A stretch of 64,000 bases of DNA from an uncultured Methanosarcinaceae archaeon. Its GTDB lineage: Archaea > Halobacteriota > Methanosarcinia > Methanosarcinales > Methanosarcinaceae. The stretch lies in the NCBI GenBank assembly GCA_963721455.1, contig CAVRJG010000054.1:160001-224000 (forward strand). Reading direction: 5' to 3'. The position numbers and the translations under genes are program-made. Shown piece after piece: positions 53,641 to 63,547 of this stretch; the first letter of the stretch is position 1, and each line of letters starts with the position of its first letter. The notes under the pieces are model-generated. The model was not told where the DNA came from. It saw only the letters and a program-made list of their open reading frames with translations, and did no database searches.

Positions 53641-54858
53641 TTAAAGGACCACAGAATGACGGGACAGGTCCCTGTATATGGTATTCCCAGATTCCACCTG
53701 GCAGTCGACAGCTACCGTTACTCCAGCTTTCATAAGTACGCTGTTTCCGATCCGGTTATCGTCTCCAAAGATAGTACCGAGTTTGGGGGCTCGATGAAGA
53801 ATTCCATTCATAATGATCGACATGCCTTCTTTTTCTTCAACAAAGAAACCTGAGCCAATTGTATTATTGCTTCCGATTATGGAATTGGAGATCTGCCCAT
53901 GCGAGTATATCCTGCAGTCGTTCATTATTATACTGTTCTGGATCTCGGTAAATGACCTGATCGATACATTGTCTCCTATTGTTGTGGAGGGCAGGAGAAC
54001 AACATTGGGACCAATGTCGCAATTGTCTCCTATGACGACAGGACCTACAATGTAGGTTCCCGAACGAATCCTGGTATTTTTCCCTATTGCCACCTTTCCC
54101 CGAATTACAACTCCTTCTTCCACTTCTCCTTCAAGCTTCAGATTCCTGGCGGAATTTAACACTATAGCATTTGCTTTTAACAGATCCCAGGCATGTACAG
54201 CATCCAGCCATTTTGATTCTGTCGGGACGGAAGTAACTGTTTTTCCCTCGTCTATCATAAGCTGCAGAGTATCAGTTATTGCATACTCTCCATTTTCGGA
54301 TATCGGGGTCTTTTCGATGGTTTCAAAGACCTGCGGTGTAAAAATGTAAATTCCGGTATTTACAATACGGCTCAGGTCTCCAGGCCTTTTTTCCAAAATC
54401 CTTGTAACTCTATTTCTTTCTTTAAGAACCACGCCGTAACCTGCCGTATCTTCCATCCTTACTGTTAGAAGGCTAGCGTCCCCTTCATAATTATTAAGAA
54501 GATCCGCTATGGTTTTCGGTTCCACAAGGTTGTCTCCGTTCAGCACTAGAAATTCAGAGTCTTCGGGGTCGATCAATTTCTTTGCCTGTTCGATTGCATG
54601 TGCGGTGCCAAGCTGAGCTTTCTGTTCTACGTATTTTATCTTTACTCCGAAGTTCAGCCCGTCTTCAAAATAGTCCATTATTCGTTCTTTTTCATATCCG
54701 ACAATCAATATAATCTCGGTTATTCCATTTTTTTCAAGCGAACCTATGACATGCTCCAGAATGGGCCTGTTGGCGATAGGAAGCATTACTTTTGAACGAG
54801 TCAGAGTAAGAGGTCTGCAGCGCAGCCCTTCTCCTGCTGCAAGGATAATAGCTTTCAT
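53641..54858 (-). CDS. Second GlmU-like nucleotidyltransferase with a divergent beta-helix domain
   Basis: AAGEGLRCRPLT...SK, GTAHA and NGD; hexapeptide repeats lack the HLSY motif. Confidence 0.85.
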   Translation of the reverse strand: MKAIILAAGEGLRCRPLTLTRSKVMLPIANRPILEHVIGSLEKNGITEIILIVGYEKERIMDYFEDGLNFGVKIKYVEQKAQLGTAHAIEQAKKLIDPEDSEFLVLNGDNLVEPKTIADLLNNYEGDASLLTVRMEDTAGYGVVLKERNRVTRILEKRPGDLSRIVNTGIYIFTPQVFETIEKTPISENGEYAITDTLQLMIDEGKTVTSVPTESKWLDAVHAWDLLKANAIVLNSARNLKLEGEVEEGVVIRGKVAIGKNTRIRSGTYIVGPVVIGDNCDIGPNVVLLPSTTIGDNVSIRSFTEIQNSIIMNDCRIYSHGQISNSIIGSNNTIGSGFFVEEKEGMSIIMNGILHRAPKLGTIFGDDNRIGNSVLMKAGVTVAVDCQVESGNTIYRDLSRHSVVL

Positions 54859-55369
54859 AGATTTAAAGAACCTTTTTTAGAATTTATACATTACCTTCAA
54901 AAGTCTCAGCCGGACAATTTGATCTAAATATATGTAGGATGTTATGCGTGTATAAGGGATAGCCAACAATAAAAAAGTAATCTCTGTATAATTCAGAAAT
55001 CAGTTTATCCATACAAGGTAAACAGCTCAGAACATAAGCCGGATAAGCTCCGAAATTACGTTTCCCTCCTACTTTTCCAGCTTTTTTCCAGCAAATCCGA
55101 AGACTATGAGGACAGAAGTATTAGAAGCCAAATGAAAATCGTATTATTCAAGCCTTTTCGAGACTGGAAGCTTGCGGACCTGAGCCCTAGCTCAGGAAAG
55201 AAGACATGCACTTTAGATATTTGTATACAGTTCCCATCTGATGGAATTCTATTTCAGGTCGTATCTTTTACAGGGCATCTCTATTCTTTTTGGAGAGTCT
55301 AAAAAGGTATTTATTTTATAACTCAGAGAGGTATTTCCTGCTTTTTATGCCTTATACGTCTTAACAATT

Positions 55370-55454
55370 GAAGTTAGGGCAACTTCTTAAAGATTGATTT
55401 ATGTCGAGATTTTGATTAACTGTTGAACATTTAAGATGTAGTTGCGGCAACTCC
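55370..55454. promoter_or_regulatory. Pair of related palindromes GAAGTTAGGGCAACTTC and GTAGTTGCGGCAACTCC
   Basis: At 55370-55386 and 55438-55454 in a 1.27-kb divergent intergenic region; operator role inferred. Confidence 0.4.
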
Positions 55455-56127
55455 CAGAAAACATTAATATAATTATTAGAGTCTTACTGAGTACTTCATA
55501 GCTTTATGTAAAGCCGCCAAGTAAAAAAATTTAAATAGTGTTGGCGCATTTAAACATGTTTATTTTTTAAATAAAAATTTTGTACTTCAAGAATTATAAT
55601 ACCAGTTCAGATATACGGATTCCTTAGCAAATGCGCTTAATAGTCAATACCAAAATTAGTTGATTAACTTCAAACGAAGGTCAACTACCGCAAGTACGGA
55701 GAAGTTATGCCCGCGTTTCCTTTATTCCGGGTTGTAGGTGCTTTGCACGGTTGTAGAGTCTTGAGTAAATTAAGTGTAAATATTTACGTCCGAAACTATA
55801 GTTATCTTCAATTGTGGAAAGGTCCGCCGCCATTTCTGAAGGAAGCTATTACAGTTGCACTTTCTGGAAGAATATCCCTATAAATTATTATCAGGACGCT
55901 GGTAACTTGCGGGAAGCCTATTTACTCACTTGTTTTTATTCCGCCGCAGCTTCGGCCTGTTCTGGAAGGATGCTTTTAAGGCCAATCCTGAAAACCCGCA
56001 TTCATATATTCGATTTCTCTCATGATGCCTTATAAAAACGCTGGAAAATTATAACATATTTATATATTTTCTCCGCTTTTGTTTTCGGGGACTTTATAAA
56101 AAGTTGAAACACAAGAAGTTATAACTA

Positions 56128-57345
56128 GTGTCGAGTCAACAATAAAATGTCGTAAATTTTATATTGTATATTATTCATAAAGAATCCTAGATGATTACTT
56201 ATGAATAGATACACTGTGACACTTACCAAAGATGAACGTGAAGCTCTTTGTGAACTTACCTCAAAGGGCAAACATAACTCACAAAAAATCCTCAATGCTC
56301 TGATCTTACTTAATTGTGATAAAAGTGAATGGAATGTTAACCATTCAACCAATGAAGAAATCTCACGTATCCTGAATATTAGTATGAGAAAAATTGACCG
56401 TGTTAAAAAACGATTTGTTGAAGAAGGTCTTGAAGTTGCTCTCAACGGGGAAAAAAGAGATCGTATTTATGCTAAAAAAGTTGATGGTGATTTTGAAGCC
56501 CATTTAGTTGCCCTTAGTTGCAGTGAACCCCCTGAAGGTTTTGCAAGGTGGTCTTTGAGATTGTTAGCTGATCAGGCTGTAGAGCTTGGCTATATCGAGA
56601 ATATTTCTCATGAAACAGTTCGTCGTACTTTAGAAAAAACGAAATCAAACCATGGCAAAGGAAAGGATGGGTAATTCCCCCGGAACAAAACAGTAGCTTT
56701 GTTGCAAATATGGAAATGGTTCTGGATGTTTATAAGCGTCCATTTGATCCACGAAATCCTGTTATATGTATGGACGAATCCCCAAAACAACTGATTGCAG
56801 AAACCAGGATTCCTGTTCCCGGTTCACCGGGGAAACCAGCCAGATATGATTATGAATACAAACGTTGTGGAATGTGCAATATATTCCTTGCCTGTGAACC
56901 ATTGGCAGGAAAACGAATGGTGAAAATTACTGAAAGAAAAACCAAGCGAGATTGGGCTTGTTTTCTGGAAGAAATTGCACTTCAACAGGAAAACACAGAT
57001 AAAATTACACTGGTAATGGACAATCTAAACACGCATATTCCAGGATCTCTCTATGAAGTATTTCCACCAGCGAAGGCAAAGGCATTGTGGATAGGTTTGA
57101 GTTTGTGTACACCCCAAAACATGGAAGCTGGCTGAATATGGCAGAGATTGAATTGAATGTACTTACAGGTCAATGTTTAAAAAGGAGAATGGATAACATC
57201 GAGGCTGTTAGGAAAGAAGTATTAGCCTGGCAAAAGTTCAGAAACAACAAAAATGCAAAGGTTAATTGGCAATTCACAGACAGAAGATGCAAGGATAAAA
57301 TTATCACGTCAAATTTATCAGACACTAGATGGATTGACGCGACAC
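56128..57345 (+). mobile_element. IS630-family insertion sequence, degenerate
   Basis: Inverted repeats (CTA)GTGTCGAGTCAA ... TTGACGCGACAC(TAG) with TA duplication inside CTAG; transposase fragments inside. Confidence 0.92.
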
Positions 57346-57348
57346 TAG
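56201..57348 (+). pseudogene. IS630 DDE transposase in four frame segments
   Basis: HTH (PPEGFARWSLRLLA...SHETVR), CMDE, VMDNLNTH and TPKHGSWLNMAEIE. -1 shift at GAAAAAAC (about 56635, the usual programmed site) plus extra indels near 57090 and 57280. Confidence 0.88.
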
Positions 57349-57426
57349 TATCGATAGTAAATTTAGGCAATATATCAAAAAGATCATTAATGGGGTCAAA
57401 GGGTCGCTATTATTCTGGGGATTTAA

Positions 57427-58347
57427 ATGAAATTTTTTGTTATTGTGCTTTTGCTGCTCGCAGCCTCGCTTCTGGGAAGTGGCTGTACGGAAAATGTTCC
57501 GGACGAACAAAATTCTGCACAGGCTCAGGGAACAGTTGTAATAGGAACAAAACTATTTCAGGAGTCCTATATTACCGCTCATATGATTTCACTTTTGCTT
57601 GAAGAGAAAGGATACAAAACGGAGGTAAAAGAAAATCTTGGGGGCACGCTTGTAAATTATGAAGCCCTGAAAAAAGGGGATATTCAGGCCTATGTTGAGT
57701 ACACAGGGACCATATATAGCCAGATTTTAAAAAGGCCGCCCCTTGAGAAATGGGATCCTGAGATAGTGTACAATGAGTCCGAAAAGGGTATGCTTGATAG
57801 GGACGGGATTGTAATTGCAGCTCGCCTGGGCTTTGAGGACGCCTATGCCATAGCCATTGACAGGAACTGGGCTGAGGCTCACGGAGTTACCAGGATTAGC
57901 GACCTTACCCCTTATGCACCTGATATGATAATGGGAACTGATCCCGAATTTGCTACAAGAGAAGACGGGCTTCCACAGATAACCAGGGTCTATGGATTCA
58001 CATTTAAGAACTATAATTCTATGGCTCCAGGTATCATGTATGAAGCCATCAAGAATAAAGAGGTAGATGCGATCAGTGCCTATACTACAGACACCCGCAA
58101 CGACCTTTACGGGCTAAAAGTACTTGAAGACGACAAGAACGCACTTCCTCCCTATGATGCGGTTGTTCTTGTTTCTAAGGACTTTGCGCAAAAAAACCCG
58201 AAGGCTATGGAAGCCCTGGCACAGCTTAATGGCAGGATTGATCAGGACACTATGAGACGCCTCAATTCGGAATACGATCTCAATGGGAGAGAAGCAAGAG
58301 ATATTGCCCACGACTTCCTGGTAGAAGAGGGTTTGGTTTCGGCCTGA
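57427..58347 (+). CDS. Osmoprotectant (glycine betaine/choline) ABC transporter substrate-binding lipoprotein, OpuBC/OsmX-like
   Basis: Lipobox GSG|C, GTK.F.E, YVEYTGT, EFATREDGL, AYTTD and PPYDA. Confidence 0.9.
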   Translation: MKFFVIVLLLLAASLLGSGCTENVPDEQNSAQAQGTVVIGTKLFQESYITAHMISLLLEEKGYKTEVKENLGGTLVNYEALKKGDIQAYVEYTGTIYSQILKRPPLEKWDPEIVYNESEKGMLDRDGIVIAARLGFEDAYAIAIDRNWAEAHGVTRISDLTPYAPDMIMGTDPEFATREDGLPQITRVYGFTFKNYNSMAPGIMYEAIKNKEVDAISAYTTDTRNDLYGLKVLEDDKNALPPYDAVVLVSKDFAQKNPKAMEALAQLNGRIDQDTMRRLNSEYDLNGREARDIAHDFLVEEGLVSA

Positions 58348-58378
58348 GCCCTTTCCGGCCTGAATAAGGCGTATGCAC

Positions 58379-59506
58379 ATGATATCCAGAAAACTTTTTG
58401 ACCGGATTGAATCCGTCCGGCTTGAAAATGTCACAAAGAAGTATGGAGAGAATTTTGCCGTCAAAAACCTGAACCTTGAGATTCAGGGGGGAGAGCTCCT
58501 CATTCTTATTGGGAAAAGCGGTTCCGGAAAGACAACTGCCCTGCGGATGATTAACCGCTTGATAGAGCCTGATTCGGGAAGTATCTCAGTAAATGGGATA
58601 GATGTGAGTGAGTTTGACCCGATCCGGCTCAGGCGGAATATCGGCTATGTAATTCAGAACATCGGGCTTCTCCCTCACCTGAGGGTCTCAGGGAACATAG
58701 GGCTCATTCTGAAACTTGAGGGCTGGAAGGAAGACAAAATTCGGGAGAGGGTACAGGATCTGCTAAATCTCGTCTCTCTACCTCCGCAGATTTTTATGGA
58801 CCGGTATCCTCACGAGCTGAGCGGAGGTCAGCAGCAGAGGGTCGGGCTTGCCAGAGCTATGGCCATGAATCCGCCGCTATTTCTGATGGATGAACCCTTT
58901 GGGGCGCTTGATCCGCTCCTTCGGGCGCAGCTCCAGGATGAGTTTTACAAGATCAAAAAGGAACTTGGAAGAACCATTGTCTTCGTTACGCATGACATCA
59001 ACGAAGCTTTCAGGCTTGGCGACAGAATTGCGATCATGGATAACGCCGAACTTGTCCAGGTGGGAACGCCTGAAGAACTGATATTCTCGCCTGCCAGTGA
59101 CCTCGTTGCCCAGATTGTTGACTCAAAAAGAAAATACAGGCATATCGATGCTCTGAAGGTGAGGGATATGGTGCAGCCCCTTGACAAAAGATACATTCTT
59201 GATCCCGGCCTGCCTGCAGCGTCAGCCCTTGACCGTATGTCCAGGGAAGGGCTTGAAATTGCTATTGTTTTCAGGAACCCGGAGAGTGCAGGGCGCGTCT
59301 ACTTAAACGATGTCCTGAAAGCCGCATCCTCGGGAAAAAGCCTTAAAGAAATCTCAAAGCCTCTGCCATCATTTTCTCCTGAAACTTCACTTCTAGAGGC
59401 CCTCGCACGACTCAAGGCAGAGGAGGAATTAATAGGGCTTGTCCTTGAAGGTAATGAACCTCCGAAAATCCTGTTTTCGGACAGGGTTCTCCAGAATCTG
59501 ATTTAA
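58379..59506 (+). CDS. Osmoprotectant ABC transporter ATPase with C-terminal CBS-like domains
   Basis: GKSGSGKT, INRLIEP, LRRNIGYVIQ.IGL.PH, LSGGQQQR and DEPFGALDP. Confidence 0.92.
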   Translation: MISRKLFDRIESVRLENVTKKYGENFAVKNLNLEIQGGELLILIGKSGSGKTTALRMINRLIEPDSGSISVNGIDVSEFDPIRLRRNIGYVIQNIGLLPHLRVSGNIGLILKLEGWKEDKIRERVQDLLNLVSLPPQIFMDRYPHELSGGQQQRVGLARAMAMNPPLFLMDEPFGALDPLLRAQLQDEFYKIKKELGRTIVFVTHDINEAFRLGDRIAIMDNAELVQVGTPEELIFSPASDLVAQIVDSKRKYRHIDALKVRDMVQPLDKRYILDPGLPAASALDRMSREGLEIAIVFRNPESAGRVYLNDVLKAASSGKSLKEISKPLPSFSPETSLLEALARLKAEEELIGLVLEGNEPPKILFSDRVLQNLI

Positions 59507-59536
59507 GCTTGACCTTGAGTCTGGAAAGGTGATCAA

Positions 59537-60199
59537 CTGACAATTCGGGGCTTTAATGAAGTTTTTGCGGAAATCACGAGGGTCTGGACCTCTCAATTGC
59601 TCTCTTTGCGTACACTTGAGCATCTGTATATGTTTGCGATTGCTCTTTTCTTCTCTATTCTTGTCGGCGTGCTTGTAGGAGTTTTGACCTACAGGAACCA
59701 GAGACTTGCAGATTCGGTCCTTAACGGCTTAAATATCGTAGAGACGATTCCTGATGTTGCGCTCCTCGTGCTCCTGCTTCCGGTATTCGGAATAGGGGCA
59801 GAGCCAACAATTGTGGCGTCAATCCTCTATTCCATCCTTCCGATTGCCCGGAATACCCATACAGGCCTTTCTAACGTGCCCAGGGAATACATTGAAATTG
59901 CGGAGGCTCTGGGGCTGACACAACGGGAAGTTCTGTTTAAAGTCCGTTTCCCTTTATCTCTTCCTCTAATTGCCGGAGGCATCAGGATTGCAGTGGTGTT
60001 TACAATGGGAGTCGTAACTCTCGGAGGGCTGATTGCTGCAGGCGGCCTTGGAGCAGCCCTTCAAAACGGAATCCAGCTCTATGATATGGGAACAATCCTT
60101 GTGACAGGCGCCTGGGTAGGGCTGCTTGCGGTATTTCTGGACGGGATTGCAGGTATGGTAGAAAACATTCTTAAAGCGAGGTACGGGAAATGGTCTTAG
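59537..60199 (+). CDS. Osmoprotectant ABC transporter permease 1
   Basis: EHL, TIP..ALL, LPI.RNT, EAA-like loop and IAAGGLG. Probable CTG start at 59537 after AGGTGA (track start 59597). Confidence 0.88.
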   Translation: MTIRGFNEVFAEITRVWTSQLLSLRTLEHLYMFAIALFFSILVGVLVGVLTYRNQRLADSVLNGLNIVETIPDVALLVLLLPVFGIGAEPTIVASILYSILPIARNTHTGLSNVPREYIEIAEALGLTQREVLFKVRFPLSLPLIAGGIRIAVVFTMGVVTLGGLIAAGGLGAALQNGIQLYDMGTILVTGAWVGLLAVFLDGIAGMVENILKARYGKWS

Positions 60200-60804
60200 C
60201 TGGCGGAATTTTGCAGGCTACGCTTGAACATCTTTTACTCGCCTACACCGCTCTTGCTCTGGGAATTCTTGTTGCGGTTCCACTGATCTTCTTTTCCCTA
60301 TATAACGCAAAGTTTGCTTCGCTAGTCATGAGGTTTTCAAATCTTGTCCAGGCAGTCCCCAGTTTTGCGGTTGTAGCTGTGGTAGTGCCTCTTATAGGAA
60401 TTGGCTTTACTCCTGCGGTTATTGCTATAATGCTAAGGGTACTGCTTCCTGTCATCAAAAATACCTATATAGGAATCTTCAATGTAGACCCGGCACTTAT
60501 CGAATCCTCAAGAGGGATCGGGCTGACTGAGCTCCAGATCATCCGACACGTAAGGCTTCCAAATGCATATCCGGCTATATTTGCCGGAATAAAATTTGCC
60601 GCAATCCTCGCAAACAGCATTGCGGTCCTGACGGCTCTTATAGGAGGGGGAGGCCTGGGATCCATGATTTTCGAAGGACTTACAAATTTCAACACTGCCA
60701 GAGTCCTTGCAGGAACCCTGCCTGTTATAGGCATAGCCCTTTTCCTGGATTTCTCCTTCACCAGGATAGAAAGACGGCTAACTCCGGAATATCTTCGAAA
60801 ATGA
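60190..60804 (+). CDS. Osmoprotectant ABC transporter permease 2
   Basis: EHL, QAVPS.A, LPVIKNTY.G, VDPALIE..RGIG and IGGGGLG. Confidence 0.9.
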   Translation: MVLAGGILQATLEHLLLAYTALALGILVAVPLIFFSLYNAKFASLVMRFSNLVQAVPSFAVVAVVVPLIGIGFTPAVIAIMLRVLLPVIKNTYIGIFNVDPALIESSRGIGLTELQIIRHVRLPNAYPAIFAGIKFAAILANSIAVLTALIGGGGLGSMIFEGLTNFNTARVLAGTLPVIGIALFLDFSFTRIERRLTPEYLRK

Positions 60805-60966
60805 ACTGGTATGTTACACTGTTGAACAGGTGAATGCTATTTCTGAACATCCTGCCAATTAATTCTTAAATTCAAGCCCTGAGGGATAGGAAAACTCAAA
60901 ATAACATCCTGGTCAAGCCCTTCCAGCAAATACCTGGGGATATCTCTCAAGGCTCTCAGCAGGATA

Positions 60967-61002
60967 CCGTATGAGTAGACAAACCCGTATGAGTAGACAA
61001 AC
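60967..61002. repeat. 18-bp perfect tandem duplication CCGTATGAGTAGACAAAC upstream of the rpa promoter region
   Basis: Seen directly; flanked on both sides by AGGATA. Confidence 0.9.
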
Positions 61003-61358
61003 AGGATATTTTTCGTAAAAAAATTTAAGTATAGCTTGAGAATATAATGTCTATCAAAAAAATCTTTAAATGAAAAGTTGAAATAATTTTGAAGTGAAAA
61101 TCAAGCCGGAAGCGGGTATTATTTCTTTGGGAAATATGAAAGCAGCCTGGAAAAATAAATATTCCCTGCAAGAAGAGTGAATTAGAGGCCAATTCTTTTT
61201 AGGGTTTTATCATCCCTAAAACCAACTATTCAGGCATGATTTCTTCCCTGAGATCAAATACTTTCACTCCGCTTTCCTCAGGTTTATATCATGTGGCGTT
61301 GTACTTTAGAACGCCTCTCTATACTATAAAGATAACCAAGAGGCTTGAGGTAGAAAGA

Positions 61359-62612
61359 ATGAAACAAACTGCAGAATCTATCAGAGACCGATTTTTAAAG
61401 CTTGGCATCGATGTGCCCCTGGAGGACATCGAAAGCAGACTCGACGAACTGATCACGAAATTCAAAGTTCCTTCCAACGAAGCCCAGCGCAGCGTGACCA
61501 ATTACTTTTTGAAGAAACATTCCATTCCTAAAAATGAATTTTACGTGAGGCAGGCTGAACCCCAACTTACCAAGATTGTGGGCATCTCGGAAGACGGGCA
61601 GTGGGCAAACCTTAAGGCAAAGGTTGTCCAGCTCTGGGAAAATACTCACGAGTCCATATCTCAGGTAGGGCTCCTGGGGGATGAAACAGGAATCATAAAG
61701 TTTACCGAATGGAAAAATGCTGAACTGCCTAAGCTTGAGCAGGGAGAGAGTTACCTCTTCAGGAGTGTTGTTGTCGGAGAGTACAATGGCAGGTTCCAGG
61801 TTCAGATTAACAAGAACAGTTCAGTAGAAAAGCTGGATGAACCCATCGAGGTAGGGGGCGGGGATTTCGCGCCGACTGCAAGAGAAGCAGAACTCAGGAA
61901 TATTGCCGATCTTGTGGGAGGCCAGTGGGCTACAGTCAGAGGAAAAGTAGTCCAGCTCTGGGAAAACTCCCATGAATCGATTGAGCAGGCAGGGCTTTTA
62001 GGGGACCAGACAGGTGTTATCAAATTCACTAACTGGGCCAGTTCCGAACTTCCGGATATGGAAGAGGGCAAGAGCTACATGCTGAAAAATGTAGTTGTCA
62101 ATGAATGGAGCGGCAAGGCTCAGATCCAGCTTAACAGGTCAAGTTCCATAGAAGAACTTGATGAAGATATCGAGGTCCGAACATCTACTTTCACATACTT
62201 CGGAGCAATGGTGGACATTCAAACCGGCTCAGGCCTTATAAAGCGCTGCCCCGAGTGTAAGAGGGCTCTGGTCAAAGGTGCCTGTGCAGAACACGGGAAA
62301 GTAAAGGGAGAATACGACCTCAGGATAAAAGCGGTCCTGGATTCGGGAACCTCAACTCAGGATGCCCTGATTAACAGGGAGCTTACTGAAAAGCTTGTGG
62401 GGCTTTCCCTCGATACTGCAATTGCAATGGCCGCAGATGCCCTTGACCCCGGAGTTGTGCTGGATAAATTGAAACACGAGCTGTTGGGCAGGTACTATAC
62501 TGTCAGCGGGCACAAGCTTGACCGCTATATCCTTGTGGATTCGATTACTCCAAGGACTTCTCTGGACAGAGAGCTTCTTGATGAAATGCTTACTGAACTG
62601 GAGGTGGAATAA
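61359..62612 (+). CDS. rpa: Replication protein A (two tandem OB folds plus a Zn-finger-containing domain)
   Basis: Two similar OB repeats (KVVQLWE..HESI.Q.GLLGD.TG.IKFT.W) and CPEC...C..H; start moved to ATG 61359. Confidence 0.9.
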   Translation: MKQTAESIRDRFLKLGIDVPLEDIESRLDELITKFKVPSNEAQRSVTNYFLKKHSIPKNEFYVRQAEPQLTKIVGISEDGQWANLKAKVVQLWENTHESISQVGLLGDETGIIKFTEWKNAELPKLEQGESYLFRSVVVGEYNGRFQVQINKNSSVEKLDEPIEVGGGDFAPTAREAELRNIADLVGGQWATVRGKVVQLWENSHESIEQAGLLGDQTGVIKFTNWASSELPDMEEGKSYMLKNVVVNEWSGKAQIQLNRSSSIEELDEDIEVRTSTFTYFGAMVDIQTGSGLIKRCPECKRALVKGACAEHGKVKGEYDLRIKAVLDSGTSTQDALINRELTEKLVGLSLDTAIAMAADALDPGVVLDKLKHELLGRYYTVSGHKLDRYILVDSITPRTSLDRELLDEMLTELEVE

Positions 62613-63182
62613 ATGGCAGGCTTTTTCAGGGAAGCGGCTCGCAGGGTCTTTGCCCAGGAACTGAAAGATTCGAACCTGACCTCAAGGGACGAAAGTGACC
62701 AGTATGCACCACAGTATGTCCTGACGCCGACAGGAGCTAAAGTAAACCGCATCTTCCTTGTAGGCACACTTATCGAAAAGGAAGATATCGGCACCGACTC
62801 CGAATACTGGAGGGGAAGGGTTTCAGATCCAACAGGTTCCTTCCTGGTCTATGCCGGACAGTACCAGCCCGAAGCAGCCCAGTTCCTTGCAGACTGCGAA
62901 CTGCCAGCTTTTGTGGCAGTCGTGGGCAAAACCAGCACCTATACAACAGATGACGGGAATGTGTTGACCTCTATACGCCCCGAATCCATCCAGCAGGTAG
63001 ACGGACTTGCCCGGGACCTCTGGGTACTCGATACCGCAAAGCAGACTCTTGAGAGGATAAGGGCAATTGAGGCAGAGGAAGACCCGAACTCGAAACTTGC
63101 AAAAGAACACTACTCTACTGACACGGATTTCTACCGTGAAATGGTTAAAAAGGCTCTTGAGTCCCTCAAAGAAAGGGAATGA
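62613..63182 (+). CDS. RPA-associated OB-fold protein (RPA32-like partner)
   Basis: RE.A.RVFA.E, PTGA.VNR.F.VG.L, DPTG.F.VYAGQYQP and RPE; abuts rpa. Confidence 0.88.
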   Translation: MAGFFREAARRVFAQELKDSNLTSRDESDQYAPQYVLTPTGAKVNRIFLVGTLIEKEDIGTDSEYWRGRVSDPTGSFLVYAGQYQPEAAQFLADCELPAFVAVVGKTSTYTTDDGNVLTSIRPESIQQVDGLARDLWVLDTAKQTLERIRAIEAEEDPNSKLAKEHYSTDTDFYREMVKKALESLKERE

Positions 63183-63547
63183 AATCAAAAGGAATCGGAC
63201 CATAGTCGAAATCGGGGCAAGATGCCCCTTAATTCTTTTTAATTTGAAAAATCAGCCTTTTATTTTCTCGGGAATTTTTGTTTCTATTTTTCTCCTTCTT
63301 TCTCCTTCTTTCGATAATCTTATTTTCTTCTTGCCCCGATATTCTTATTTTCTTTTTGCCGCCTCTATGCCTGATTGAGTTTTTTGAATTTCTATTGCAT
63401 TAAGCAAATATATTTAATCATACTGGTCTCAAACAAGAAGAAGCAAAATATAGATAAATAAACGAAACATGATATAAAATGAGTAATATATGTTTGAATG
63501 GGAATTAATGCTAAAATGGCTAGTAAATTGAGATGTGAGATGATCCT

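Noticed and set aside
55814-56035. 73-aa ORF upstream of the IS630
   Set aside because: No motifs or ribosome-binding site; composition not convincingly coding.
47847-60999. Shared 13-mer GTATGAGTAGACA at 47847 and at 60969/60987 as a regulon motif
   Set aside because: A 13-bp match between two sites in 64 kb is expected by chance, and the motif is not palindromic.
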